NCBI GenBank assembly: GCA_951406725.2 | Contig: OX597829.1 | Span: 34,224,001-34,288,000 of the forward strand | Reading direction: 5' to 3' | Length of the DNA stretch: 64,000 nucleotides | From: Octopus vulgaris | Taxonomy: Eukaryota | Part shown: positions 1 to 13,066 of the stretch, in pieces | Layout: every line of letters starts with the position of its first letter | Numbering within the stretch: the stretch's first letter is position 1 | Notes under the pieces: generated by a model | Database searches by the model: none | Told to the model about the DNA's origin: nothing | What the model saw: only the letters and a program-made list of their open reading frames with translations | Translations under genes and position numbers: made by a program

Positions 1-150
1 TACGTCCCTGTCACTTAGCGGTTCGGCAAAAGAGACCGATAGAATAAGTACTGGACTTACAGAGAATAAGTCCCGGGGTCGATGTGCTCGACTAAAGGCG
101 GTGCTCCAGCATGGCCACAGTCAAATGACTGAAACAAGTAAAAAGAGTAT
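1..150 (+). mobile_element. 3' half of tRNA-derived SINE (family A), cut by window edge
   Basis: Matches the reverse complement of 18771-18935 and 55948-56100; ends in GGCGGTGCTCCAGCATGGCCACAGTCAAATGACTGAAACAAGTAAAAAGAG. Confidence 0.85.
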
Positions 151-174
151 ATATATATATAAAAATATATATAT

Positions 175-726
175 ATGTAGCATCAGATGTAGTGTGCAAG
201 AGAGAAGACTGCGCTGGTATGGCCATGTAATACGTATGAATGAATACAGTTGCATCAATAGGTACCAATCTCTAATTGTAGAGAGGATGTGTGGAAGGGG
301 TACACCCAGGAAGGCATGGGATGAAGTGGCAAGAAAGGATCTACAGATGTTGGGACCCACAGCAGAGATGACAGAGGACTGAGACTCCTGGCAGTTTGCT
401 GTGCTTGAAAAGACACATCAAGCTAAGAAAAAGCATGGTTGCTCTTGCATAAAGGCTTGTCCACTGCAACCCTCTCTAGCTGAGCATCTCTAATCTTGCA
501 GGCTTGTAGGTACTGGTGCCACATAAATAGCACCTGTGCTGGTGCTATGTAAAAGCACCCAGCACAGTCTGTAAAGTGGCTGGCATTAGGAAAGGCATCC
601 AGCTGTAGAAACCATGCCAAAACAGACATGGAGCCTGAACAGCCCTTCAGCTGGTCAGCTCATGACAAACTGTCCAACCCATGCCAGCATGGAGAACAGA
701 TGTTAAATGATGATGATGATGATGAT
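175..726 (+). mobile_element. 5'-truncated RTE LINE (ORF C-terminus, 3'UTR, (GAT)n tail)
   Basis: VQERRLRWYGHV...CGRGTPRKAWDEV matches the RTE C-terminus at 14962-15200; GGAAAGGCATCCAGCTGTAGAAAC motif; tail at 707-726. Confidence 0.85.
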
Positions 727-742
727 ATTTTATATATATATA

Positions 743-1114
743 TCTCTCTATATATAAACGGCAGTTTGTCTGTGCGTGTTTGTGTGTGTCTGTTTGCTTG
801 TACCCTCACCCTGACCACGGCTTTCAACCGATTCTGATGAAACGTGACACACACATAGCCCAATGTCATAATTCAAAACTAACGCAGCGAAAATTTTGAA
901 AAGTTCCCCCAGTTCTGAAAAAAATCGATAAATTCGACATGGGGTCGAGAATCAGAAACACAAACCACAGACTGTCTAGGAGACGCAACTCGACCTTTTT
1001 AACTAAAAAAAATTTACCATCATTTTTTTTTTCCATTTTTTGGCTATAACTCTCTAAAAATGCTTTATAGTTATTTCCCTTACAAACCCGAGCAACGCCG
1101 GGCGATACTGCTAG
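743..1114 (+). mobile_element. Non-autonomous Helitron
   Basis: 5' TC; 3' hairpin CCCGAGCAACGCCGGG then CTAG|T; sits between A and T in an (AT)n run; 3' end nearly identical to 45285-45360 (rc). Confidence 0.8.
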
Positions 1115-1879
1115 TATATATATAAAAATACACACACACACTAAAAGACATATCATTGCATGTATGACACTATGAATATACATGGCACATACACACACAC
1201 ACACACCAAGATAAAACCCACAGAAACAGACATATAGACATAAATCTATTAAAGGAGACCTTAGAAATATACAGTTAATTATATAAAGACAACTAGATAT
1301 ATAAAAAGGAATTATAAATTGTTTATAACAACTGTTAATATCGAAAATATGTAAAAAGTATAACCTGATCTATAGTAGAAAATATATCAATCCGCATTGT
1401 TAATCTCTCAGGAAATGTGAATGTATTTAAACTAAAAGAGGACTTTTATAATTTTGCATTAGAGAAGACGATATAGAGAAAAATTAAAATTCTTTAACGG
1501 TAGTAATAATAGAAATAATATAAGTAGTGGGATGGACCATACTAACAATAATCATAATAGTATGCATAATATGAAAAACACCACAAATCAAAAAGAACAG
1601 ACTGTAGGAAGAGTTAAAGACAGAAAATCTGTGCAATTAGAATATAACAATAGAGTACTTAGAAACAAAAAGAAGAGAACAAATTTACTTGAATATGTGC
1701 CCATTAAAGTACAAAGTGGCTTAGATATGAATGGACTTACTAGGTTAGGTAAACAATATATAAACTCTATAAATAGTAATATAAAAATAACTGATAAATA
1801 TAATGTCAAATATAATAGCAAACAAACCCAATGCCATAATAAGAATCAGATAAATAGATTACACAGTTTTACTAAAAGT

Positions 1880-2250
1880 ATAGGTAGAAATGCAAGTGAT
1901 TACAGTAGAGGTGCAGTGCTTTCACACAGATATGATGATGGGAGTGAAAAGGCTATAACATGTCATAATCGTTTTTACAAGCAGAAATGAACTACACCCA
2001 AATAGAAAAGGAAGCATTAGTAATTATATTCAGTGTAAAAAAAATTTCATAGATTTATTCATGGAAGAAGTTTCTGTCTATAAACAGATCATCATCCACT
2101 CCTGTCAATATATGGTACTAAAAAAGGAGTACCAACACACACAGCAAATAGACTACAGCAACAAGGCACTAAATTATTGAATTATGATTTCAAAATGGAA
2201 TATTTACAATCAAAGAAACTAGGGCATGTGGATGGCTTGTCCAAACTCAT
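1880..2250 (+). pseudogene. Ty3/Gypsy pol RNase H remnant
   Basis: Frameshifted NASDYSRGAVLSH...IEKEAL..IFSVKKFHRFIHG...TDHHPL...LNYDFKMEY...HVDGLSKL. Confidence 0.8.
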
Positions 2251-2689
2251 ATCAATTGGTAAAAGAAAAAAAATGGGTATACAAGAGACACATAAATTAA
2301 CTAAAAAAAGATTTGTTGACTGCAAAGCCAAGAGAATGGAAGAACCAATGGAATGGTTATATTATACTTTTCAAGTACCAATACCACTAAAAATAATTGA
2401 ACCCAGATGTACAAGTGAAAGAAAAAGAAAATGTACAAAGTTCCTGGAAATGGATGCCAAGCAAAAAATATAAAATTTGTAACTGTATGAAAAAAAATTC
2501 TAAAAAGGGAGGTAGGGTGATGTAAAGATTATTGTTAAAAAGAAATAAAATTACATTCCCTAAGAAAAAAAATTAAAAGGGGAGATGTTATGGGGATAAT
2601 AATAATAATAATAATGGAACACCTCTCCATTGTGATAAATGGTATGTGCTAGTTGTTACAAATACTGTGACATAGGAAGTCATCGAGAA

Positions 2690-2890
2690 GTTGGTTCTTG
2701 CTTTGTAAGCCTGCAGTTGCTGGTGCCATGTAAAAAGCACTTGTACCTGTACCACATAAGAAGAACTTGTGCTGGTACCACATAAAAAGCACCCATACCA
2801 GTGCTGAGTAGAAGCAACAGTGCCAGTGCCATGTAAAAAGCCCCTGTGCTGGGGCCACATAATAGCAGTGGTGCTAGTACCATGTGCTAA
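2690..2890 (+). repeat. RTE 3'UTR tandem-repeat fragment
   Basis: Repeated GGTGCCATGTAAAAAGCAC-like units as in the other RTE 3'UTRs. Confidence 0.6.
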
Positions 2891-2989
2891 TAACATTCCA
2901 CTCTGATATTTATTGTGCTTTCAACACATCAAGTCCATATGAGATGCTATCACAGGAAAAAGCATGCAGTAACTGACAATGTATATACA

Positions 2990-4860
2990 TTAAGTATACC
3001 ATATAAATAGCTATTTTAATTTTAAAATCTTCAGTTGTGCATACTTGGCTTAAAGCTGTATTCTCTTATCTTTTCAAATACCCTTTTTATGTGTCTACAT
3101 GTTGTTCATGTGATTCACTTTTTATTATTAATGGGATATTGTCTAAATAGGAGATAGCAAAATCACAGTCCACCAGCATTGTATCCTTTACTTGTTGAAA
3201 TATGGAAGGAACCACTTTTACATCAAAGGGAAGCTGCTTAAACTTAAATAAGCTATAGTGTGTATTAATTGTTAATAAGTGTGAGCATTCTTCTTCTACT
3301 TGAATTTATAAGTATGCCTCCATTTCTCAACTCCTGGCAATGGGTAGCTATGTGGGCTTAAGCAATCGTTTAAACCTGTTGGAAAATCTGCACAAACTCA
3401 TAACCTATTATTTTTCTTTCTTATGTAGAATGAAGGTGCTACCCAATCTGAGTGGTCAATCTTCTTGGTTATTCCTAGGCTTTCAAGTCTTTCAACTTCC
3501 TTATTTACCTGTTCTAGTGCTGTGAGTGGTACATTATGTTTTGGCTTCAATACAGGTGTTACACTTTGTTTTACTACAATTTTTGCCTTCGTTTTCATGC
3601 AGCGGCCCAGTTCATCCAATAAAACATCTGGAAATAAAGATTTATTTTTTTGTTTCAATCCTTCAGCTACATTTGAACTTTTGACTGAATTAACTTTATT
3701 CCCACACAAAACATTTATGAGCATATTCCACAATTTGAACAATTTCATCCAGTCTGTGCAGAATGAATTTTTAACTCATATACTTTTGCCATTTTCATTT
3801 GGTCATGAAATGTCACATTATTCACAAATTCACCAACAAAATACAATCTTTTACCCATAAACCGTCTGCTACTTTTGTAGATTTATTTAATTTTGACTTA
3901 CTGATATACTTCCAAGTTTCTTCATTCACAATGGTAATATCACTTCCAATATCTAACTGCATTTTTACTCTTATAGTTTCAATTTTCACATTTACAAATT
4001 TCTTCTTTGTCACATTACCATTTTCTTTCGATGACATCTTGTTAAAGTTTTGTCATCTTGGTTTTACAGTATGCTTTTGTGTGTCCAATTTTTCTACAAT
4101 GGAAACATTCCACTTTCTTAAATGGGCAGTTTTTTTCTTAGGTGTAGGCCTCCACATGCAAAACATGGGTTTGTTTCCTGACTTTTGTCCTGTTTGAAAT
4201 GTATTTTAGTACACACTTGATTTCTATTCTGCCTGTTTCACACTTGTTTCATTTAGGAGCAATCTTTATGTTCAATTTTCTCAGTGTTGTGCCTTAGATT
4301 TACTATTCTTTCACGCTCTTCTAGCACTTGTTGTAAGGTTAGAGCTTGGTTTTGTTCCAGTTTAGAGAGAATTATTGTTCTTACTTTTGCATGTTGCTTT
4401 GCAGTTAGTCCTTGAGTAAATATCTTGAATATGTCTGACGTTAATTCATCCAGTTTGAACATTACACATTCTAAGTTAACTCTACCAGCATATGTGATGT
4501 AATCTTCCTCATTGCTCTTTTCTAGGTTTAAACATTTCCAGTGTGTATTGGACAACAAGCTTTTCTCATTAAAAATCTTCTACAATATGTCTGTTGTATT
4601 TCTAAAGTTTATGTCAAAAGGTGTTTTGGGAGTATGCAACTGTTATAATGCTCATGTTCTCCTACTGCCAGTTTTCTTAGGATCAGATGCATTTTCATAT
4701 TGTTGTCCCATTCTTTGCACTCTTTATTGAAGATATGTTCATATCTTCTACAGTATGCTTGGAAGGTAGCTCATTCATCTAGTTCATACTTAAATTCTGT
4801 TATTGAGTTGGCAACATAATCTGGTGGGAACATCTCAGCATTTTTGGATGACTTACTATT
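2990..4860 (-). pseudogene. Ty3/Gypsy gag-protease-RT remnant
   Basis: gag-like 4253-4558; protease MQLDIGSDITIV (3822-4037); RT start VPL..LEQVNKEVERLESLGI.KKIDHSDWVAP (3398-3748); many stops and frameshifts. Confidence 0.8.
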
Positions 4861-4919
4861 CATAAATTGCAGTGCTTGTTCCTGTGATAGTAATTGTTGT
4901 TGTTGTTGTTCTTGCAGGG

Positions 4920-7000
4920 AGTAAAAGTTGGTCCAACGAAAAAAATGTATGACTACTTTTAAGAAAGTTATCCCTTGCTGAACACAAAAAAATACAGTAA
5001 TTATATTCTGCCGAAGAAGCCAGGTGAGATTTATTTTGATGAAACAATATGTTATTGAAAATTTTCAGTGGAAGAAGTTCCCTGTTCAATACTCACTGGC
5101 AATGTTTATATTTGGTCAAAAAAGATGATGAAGATTTCATCACCTATGCCAGAGTGGTTAACATAAAGTGTGAGAAATTCAAATTGAATGAGTCAGCTCC
5201 AGACATATTGAAGTACTTAATTTTTTGATCAAGGACTTATTGCAAATAAAGATGCAGATACACATTCCTGGATATTATCAAAATTAGAACAGGATCAAAA
5301 TTTAATTCTACAGGTAGAAGCAGAAGAATGTCAGGGGATTATAAATCTATGACATGATGCAGGATAAACTGAAGTGAAAGATTGCTCTCATAAGAAACAA
5401 GAGAGAAAACTATCAAGACCAAATCCATGTTATGGATGTGGTGGTCTACATTTTAAAAATAATTGTCTGTTTAAAAATATAAAATGCTTCAAATGTGGTA
5501 AACTAGGTCATAAAAAGTTGCATTGTAGGACAAAAACCTAGAAAATGGCTCAGCTGAAAAAATTGGGTAAATGGATTATCTGTGACAAAAAATACAAAGA
5601 AGCTTCAAAATTTGTGTATGTAAAAGTTAATGACACAAATGTAAAGTTACAATTGGATACAGGCAGCGATATCTTGATAATAAACACAAATACATGGAAA
5701 AAATCAGGTGGCCTAGATAAAATGAAACTTCAAAAATGCCCATGGTGTGTCTGGAAAAAAATGATATTTTAAGGGCAAATTAAGTCACATTACATTTCAG
5801 GAAAAGACATTGAAAGCTACAGTTTTTGTGTTAAATAATGGCACAAATTTATTCAGTAACAACTGGATGGAATTATTTAACTTATGGGACCTCCCTATAA
5901 ATCTTTTCTGTAATAATGTGAATGGTTTTTCCTCCAGTACATATAAATATAAATAATATTAAAAAATATTTTTCCTGAAGTTCTGTCTGATAAATTAAGT
6001 CTGTGCACCAAAATGAAGGCATAGTTTCAAATAAAAGAAAATGTCATACCAACACTTAAACAAAAACGAACTGTACCATTCACAGTGTTAGAACAGATTT
6101 AGAGTTAGAAAAGCTAGAAAAAATTGGAGTTATCTAAAAAGTGGAATATTCTGATTGGGCATCACCAACTGTGTATGTTAAGTAAAAGAATAATAAAATC
6201 AGAGTGTGTGCTGATTTTTCCATTGGTTTAAACAAATGTCTTAAAACATGCCACTATCTGCTACCTAATCTGGAGGATATTTTCATGAAATTAAAAGGTG
6301 ACAAGCTATTTTCTAAATTGGATCTCTCTGATGCATACCTACAAATTAGAATGGATGCTGAATGCTCTAAATACCTAGCAATTAGCATACATAAGGGCTG
6401 TATAAATACAACAGGTTACCATTTGGCTTAAAAGTCATGCAAGCAATTTTACAACAGATTATGGATGCAAGTTTAGGGGACTGTGCATTCGCAATTCTAA
6501 ATCTGGATGATACACTCATGGAAAGTGAATCCAGGGATCAACATGTAGAGCAGGTAAAATATGTATTAAAAAAATTAGAGATTATGGCTTATGAAGAAAA
6601 GTGTGAATTTTCTTACTGAAAATAAGATATTTAGGACAAATCATTGACAGAATTAGACATCGACCAGATCCATAGAGGGCAGACACAATTAAAAATATAT
6701 CCCCTCTAACAAACATAGTGACCTTACATGCAGTTTTAGGATTGGCAAATTATCACCAAAATTATATTCCAAATATGCATAAGGTGAGGGTTCCACTGAA
6801 TAATCTGTTGAAAAAAGATACGAAATGGAATTGGTGGGAAAATTGTCGAAAGGCATTTGACAAAATGAAAAATGTTAGCATCTGATGTTGTTAGCACATG
6901 TTGATCCTGCAGCAGAGATTGTTGTAGCTTCAGGCACTTCTGAGTACGGTATTGGAGCAGTAATGCTACAGAAATATAAAGATGGTAACATGAAGGTGGT
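4920..7000 (+). pseudogene. Ty3/Gypsy gag-protease-RT-RNase H remnant
   Basis: CCHC knuckles (CYGCGGLH..NNC; CFKCGKLGHKK.HC); protease LQLDTGSDI; RT CADFS.GLNK...FSKLDLSDAYLQI, NLDD; RNase H ASGTSEYGIGAV. Confidence 0.85.
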
Positions 7001-7399
7001 AGATACATACATATCTATATATGTATGTGTGTATCTATCTATAATATGTATGAATTTGTGTGTGTAGGTGAGTCTGTGTGTACATATATACATATGAATA
7101 GATCTGTGCACGTGTGGGTCGATCTCTGTCTGTCTCCATCACGTTTCTTTTTTCTTGTGTGCATATGTAGTGTGTTTATGTATGTCTGTGCATATGTATT
7201 CCATATGTGTATGTGCATGAATATATTGTATATATATATATACACACGCACACATATATGTGCATCTGGGTGTGTGTGTGGCTGTGTGTCTACATGCATT
7301 TTTTTAGTGCATGCGCATATGTATATATACATATATTTTTTCCATTTTTTTCTACTTTTTCTACTATTAAATCTAATTACCTTTTGGACAAACTCTTTT

Positions 7400-8020
7400 A
7401 TATACATCAATAATGACTTCCTTACAGGTAATGCCTTCCTTGTATATTACAAAAATGCATGTCAGTTTCTTTTGCTCTTTCTTTAAGAAACCTTATATTT
7501 TAAAGTTTTTGTTTAAATCTGTAGATACATAACCTAATGCAGCTACAATGATGGGTACAAAATGAAAATTTATATTCAGGATACAAGAGCTGTAAGTTCT
7601 GCAATAGTTCATCATAAATGTTTTCTTTTTATCCCTGGACTTTTGATGGTATTTTCACATGTACAGTAGCTAACCTCAGCAAAAGTGCATGACTTTGGTT
7701 CCCTGTCCTACAGAACACCATGAGGTCTGTTCTGTTTGCACCAGTTTGGTTTGGAATTCAGCCATAATAATATGTTAAATTTGGTATCCTTCAGAGCTTT
7801 CCTAAACCTACAAGCTAACTCTTCATGTGGTGTGACCTCTACAAACATCGCTTCTTGGTATTTATTAGCCTTGTACCATGTGTTTGCTCTGTTTGCTTTA
7901 TCACAAATCCTTTGTATACTGTTAAAATATTTTCCCTGATATCTAGGGTGGGTTCCACAGGCTGTTACGTGATATTATCTAATTTTTTCTGGCCCTCCTG
8001 TACACTCAAGACCTATCTTC
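7400..8020 (-). pseudogene. R4/Dong-like non-LTR element, C-terminal RLE-endonuclease remnant
   Basis: Minus strand reads ELLQNLQLLYPEYKF..VPIIVAALGYVS, homologous to 31911-32111. Confidence 0.65.
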
Positions 8021-8049
8021 CTGGCCATAGCCAGAGAACTACATGTGTT

Positions 8050-9620
8050 GCATGAAGTTCCACAAATGTCTCTTTGTTTCATAGGATTTTCACTGGGGGA
8101 ACATATTGTTCATTATCCTAAGTCCATTATTAGTATGTTAATCTTTACATTGTGTGACAAGGCTGAGTTCTTGTGAATAAGTATTTGGTAGCTATGGGCT
8201 TCATGTAATAGGGGTGGAGAAGTTATATTTTGTTGTTCAAGGTATCTCAAACAGGAAGAACATTATTAGGGTGGCCAGTGGGGTAAGCTATTGTTACTTT
8301 GATACTCTGGTTTCATGTAATAGGGTGGAGAAGTTATATTTTGTTGTTCAAGGTATTTCAAACAGGAAGAACATTATTAGGGTGGCCAGTGGGGTAAGCT
8401 ATTGTTACTTTGATACTCTGATGGATGAAATTAGATCTCCATTGTACTCCTCTTGACTTCCTCAGTGTGACCATATGGGATTGTCCTAACTAGAATATTA
8501 ATGTCTTCTATATACTTACAATATAGAGTGCTCACCTAAGGATTGCTTAAGCTTTCTGTCCAGCCACATCCCCAACCACACTGACTGTAGCGGCTGCTCT
8601 TTGAACCTGCATATATAATTTCTTATTGAACTTGAGTGTCGTTCTTCAAAGTAGTTTTTATGGCTAGCACATATGCAAATATCTTTCTCACCTGGTTGCT
8701 GCTCACTGGGTCCTGGGTGGGTATAGTTCAGCCACTCTAGTGTTCTGTGGTGCTCTTCTTTGCTGCCAGTGTGATGATGGGTGAGTTTCCTGTTCAAACC
8801 TAGTGAGGCAGAATCTACTTAGGTCATGATTGTCCAGGTAATTACAGTCATAGGTTAGTCAGAAGAGGACTCCCAGTTCCCTCATGTTAATTTCATTGAT
8901 CTCTACTTTGCTCTCACAGAGTATCTCTATGTACTTCTTCATGGCAAAATCTATGTTAATAGATTAATAGAGTGATATCATGTCTATAACTACCTATTAC
9001 ACAACCTTTGAGGTTGTTTGAGTGGTTACACTCATTGATTCTACTGAGGAGGTCATCCATGCACACACAGACACTGGGGCACTTCACCGAGTGATTATAA
9101 TACTTGTGAGAGGAGGCAGGACAGCCTATAGTTGCTGGAAATATTGGCCCTGCAAACTGGCTGCATTGGGGGCCCCATAACAGGGTCTGTGAAGGATTTA
9201 TGGTCCTTCCATAACCCATAAAGTGGAGGAACATTGTTGTTGGATGCTTGGAAATTTTGAGCAGCCTGTTTTCTGGGTTGAAGTATGTTGCACTACATTC
9301 CCATGTTCTTGTGGTGCATCTTCTCTCATGTTACAGATGTGTTTGTTTCATGAACTGGACATAGTTCTGTAGGCTGTCTACTGACACTCTGCTAAACTTG
9401 TCAGCTGGAAGGCATACTATTTCCTTGCCCTAATTCACTGTTTTAATTTTTGTAGAACTCTGGCAACTGTTGAACGAAGCTGATGGGCTTCCATCTCACT
9501 ATGCTTCCAAGTGGTTTTGTTGTATTGGTCTAAGATGTGTTTGAGTTTGCCTCTAGCTAAACAAATTTTTGTCTCTGACTCACTGTCCATGTGTGGTGGG
9601 ATGCATACTCTTTTGCTGAA
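8050..9620 (-). pseudogene. Highly decayed non-LTR RT remnant with a 111-bp tandem duplication (8201-8309/8312-8420)
   Basis: Scattered RT-like motifs (QGNS, VCMDDL, KYIE) on the minus strand; duplication seen directly. Confidence 0.35.
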
Positions 9621-9679
9621 TGGTAAGGCTGTGGGGTAAATTCATGTCATATCATAGGATTGGTCCTTGGAGTTATAAA

Positions 9680-10010
9680 AGACATGGCCTAGGGTGCTAT
9701 TGGTGTTATTATTGTTGGGGTTGTCATTGTTGTGATTGTTGCCGTGGTTATTGTTATTGTTTTTGTTGTTGTTGTGGATATGGTGGTTTTGGATGCCTGG
9801 ATCATTGTCAGTGTTAGTAGTAGAGGGTGGTGGTGGTGGTGGTGGGGTGGCAGTGGTAGTGGTGGTGGTTGTGGGTGTTATTGTTATAGTTGTTGTCATT
9901 ATTTTTGCTGTTGTAGTTCTTGTTGTTATTGTTATTGTCATTGTTCTTATTGCTGTTATAGGTACTGTGATTGTTTTGGTTTTATATGTTTGTGTTGTTG
10001 CTGGTGTTGT
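9680..10010. repeat. Low-complexity (GTT/TTA/GGT)n trinucleotide tract
   Basis: Direct sequence; gives poly-T/P/N/V/C ORFs in several frames. Confidence 0.85.
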
Positions 10011-10657
10011 AATGCCCTAATTTCTATCTTATTTTTCTCAATCTTAGACGGACAATCAGTTCTATAGATCATCTTGTATGTAATGATTTCAATGGTAATC
10101 CTATAGATGTATTTCATCTGCATCCAAATGTACTGTGCCATATACTTTGGGTGTGTTGTTGGAATTACTGTTGGTGAATGGAGAGTTAGGGGTCACTGAA
10201 AAGATTGCAAACAGCAACATAAGAACTTTGATAGACTAACAAACAATTGATATTTTTTAACCAACACATTAAACATGTGACTGATTTGTTAGTTAGTTAG
10301 ATATTTAACCAATTGACCAAACAGTAAAGAAGTGGAATTGAACCTGTGCATGTGTCATTATATTGGCATAATGACTCTCTCAAGACACAACAAAATTTCT
10401 TTCAATACACAAGTTCACATCAAATAAGAAAGCGTAAACAATATCCTATCCAAAAATAAAAGTATTTAAAAAAATCAAACAATATCAACTAGATCAGTGG
10501 TTCTTAATCATTTTCATCATCTTACCTACTGAGATTCTCCAAGGTAAGACTCATCATCTTACCTACCAAAAAAAAAAAAGTGTTCACCAATGCATCAAGC
10601 CATTCTTCAAAAACAGAGGCATAAAAAATTGTGAGATTTAGCCCAAACACTGTATAT

Positions 10658-10659
<2 letters not shown>

Positions 10660-10721
<62 letters not shown>
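10660..10721. repeat. (GT)n microsatellite
   Basis: About 31 perfect GT units. Confidence 0.98.
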
Positions 10722-10723
<2 letters not shown>

Positions 10724-10974
10724 TACTGAAGTGTACAGTATTATATATCCATCATGGCCAATGTTATCAATTGGTTTTGTGCTAGGGATACAATGGAGTG
10801 TTAGCTAACAATCTGATTATAAAACCCTATGCTCATCAGAGGTATCCAATATGGAATGAAATATGGCGACTGCTCTCTATTATTGGAGGTGAATGGACAC
10901 ATCTGGTTTGCGATTGCTATGAAAAGATGATGAAACAAAATGAGTAAGGGATTAAGTTAAGAGTTAATATATGT

Positions 10975-11135
10975 ATATATCTATGTGTGTGTTTTTTTGT
11001 GTCTGTATTGTCCTCCATTACTGCTTGACAATCAGTGTTGGTGTGTTTGCATCCCCATAACTTAGTGGTTTGGGAAAAGAAACCGATGAAATAAGAACCA
11101 GGTTTAAAAATATTGTAGCTGCAGTTACCTCCCTT
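10975..11135 (+). mobile_element. Decayed internal fragment of SINE family A
   Basis: TGCTTGACAA..GTGTTGGTGTGTTT..CCCCATAACTTAGTGGTTTGGGAAAAGAAACCGATG matches rc of 18890-18990. Confidence 0.6.
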
Positions 11136-11550
11136 GACAGTGGGTTTAAACAAACCTGCACTAGATGGCGCTTGAGCGGTCCCACTCATAGTAATCTACA
11201 GGCCTTGCAACTTCCTTTTTTGGTATCTAGTTGTCAGAGAGCAAGGACATGATCTAGTTGGCTCTCTTATGACACGCAACAACTACCAGACATGAAGTAA
11301 CGTGCAGAAGATCATGGCCTTCACACATAAAACTCTTTCCATTATCAATCAACTTATATATATGTGTGAGGCTAACATTAAAGGTATTTAAGGTTACAGA
11401 CTTCTTCTATGTATTTCCTTGTACCGTGTTTATCAAATGATATTACAGCCTTCTGAAGGAGTCACCTTCAGATGGCTCCACGACCATGATATAAACTTCA
11501 TCTAAATTAAATACTGAGATTGATTTGTTCAATTCAGAAATTTAATTTCT

Positions 11551-11608
11551 GAAGGCAGTGCCCCAACATGGCTGCAGTCAAATGACTGAAACAAGTAAAA
11601 GATAGAAC
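11551..11608 (+). mobile_element. Isolated SINE A / CR1 3' tail
   Basis: GGCAGTGCCCCAACATGGCTGCAGTCAAATGACTGAAACAAGTAAAAGA. Confidence 0.7.
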
Positions 11609-12683
11609 ATATACTTATATAATAATTATATATATTTACACACACATACATACACACACCACACATGAACATATATACATATAGATAAATAGGTTGATAG
11701 ATAGATGGGTGGATGGACGGACGGATGGATGGATGGATATGTACACACTGATACTTGCATGGGCATATAGGGAAATTAGTCAGCTGAGCAAATACATGTT
11801 TATACAGAAAAGTACATATATAGCTACGTTTTAACAAATTTCTGTAAGACAATGTTCTCAGAAAATACTTGTACATATTTTTATATTTTTATCATTATTA
11901 GTTTTAGGTTAGAAAGAAAGTCCTGTTGCATTTTTGATATGACCATTTTGAGGGTATTTTTCAATACTTATTGTAAAATAAGCATTAATTTTTACATTCT
12001 AATAATTTTCTCTCTTTGTAAACTACTTTATATTATAGTGGTTAAATTCATATTGATTTTACCCTTTTAAATTTTAAATTTTAATGGAACCTTCAAAAAT
12101 GGCTGTTCTATCTTTAACAAAGAAGTTTTTTAAGTATTTGGATATACCAGTTATGGTTTGGCCAGTTTTACTAAGGCAAATTTTCCTTGCAGATTTCCCT
12201 TTATTTGGACAACCAAGTTTTGTCAATATTGAGATTCTGAAAACTTTAGCTGAGGAGTATGCGAAGCAAAACTACATGAAAATTAGCAAAATTGTTCAAT
12301 TCAAATCACACTTCAGTTATAAAACATCCTTGTTAACTAGAAAAGTATCTAAATTTGACTGCATTTTGTCTTTATCAAAGAGTTACCCTCCACTCATCAT
12401 TGAAGGGTAGACATACAACTGATCTTTTCCTGGTAAGAATCATTACAATGAAAAGTGGGTTCTCCTCTCAGCAATGAAAATGACAACGGTTAGCACCCAA
12501 TGGAAAAGGAGAATCCATACCCATATCAGGATTACACCTGAAAAGAGTTATGCTCTATATTTGGTGGGATATGGAGAGTGTTGCTTATCATGAAGTGTTA
12601 AACTAAAATGAAACAATTAAAGCTGAAAAGTATAGTTATCAGTTGTATTGCACAAAACTTCGCAGTAAAAGTGTCCATCATTG

Positions 12684-13066
12684 TGAAGTTTATAACTCAC
12701 TCTGAGATTTATTATTGCCTGTTTACACTTTTTCAATATCACTGTCTTCATGTCACTGGAAAAAGGATATATATTTGCAGAGGAAACCTACTTATCATCG
12801 ACAACTGTGATTGTCACACGCTAATGACGGGTCAATACCCAGAAACTCGAGTCAGAGTGTATCATAGGTTGAAGACGGAAAAGATGGCTTCCCTTTGCAA
12901 ATACTGATAGGACACAGAAAGTGTCAATAGCCAGTTGGAGGAGGTGTCCTCCTGGGGCTACAAGCTACAGTAGCATCCACCCTTAGGGGTTAGCCATATT
13001 TAAATGGCAAATATACTTCACGATGTGTTGCAGCTACTGTTTATAACTCGCTCTGAGATTTATTAT
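12684..13066 (+). mobile_element. Retrozyme-like / Penelope pLTR-like non-coding element with hammerhead motif
   Basis: 30-bp terminal direct repeat (12688-12717 / 13039-13068, period 351); 12-bp TSD TGTCCATCATTG (12672-12683 / 13067-13078); hammerhead-like core at 12821-12853; long fold-back. Confidence 0.7.
12815..12860 (+). ncRNA. Type I hammerhead ribozyme-like motif (degenerate, G5A)
   Basis: CTAATGA-cGGGT-caat-ACCCa-GAAA-C-TCGA-GTC; CUGAUGA core with one substitution, 4-bp stem II, palindromic mini stem III. Confidence 0.6.

Noticed and set aside
9620-10067. Cys-rich, mucin-like or hydrophobic ORFs
   Set aside because: Trinucleotide low-complexity tract open in four frames; no splice or domain support.
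11445-11500. Possible hammerhead CTGAAGGAGTCA..TGGCTC
   Set aside because: A stem is present but the GAAA core and cleavage triplet are missing.
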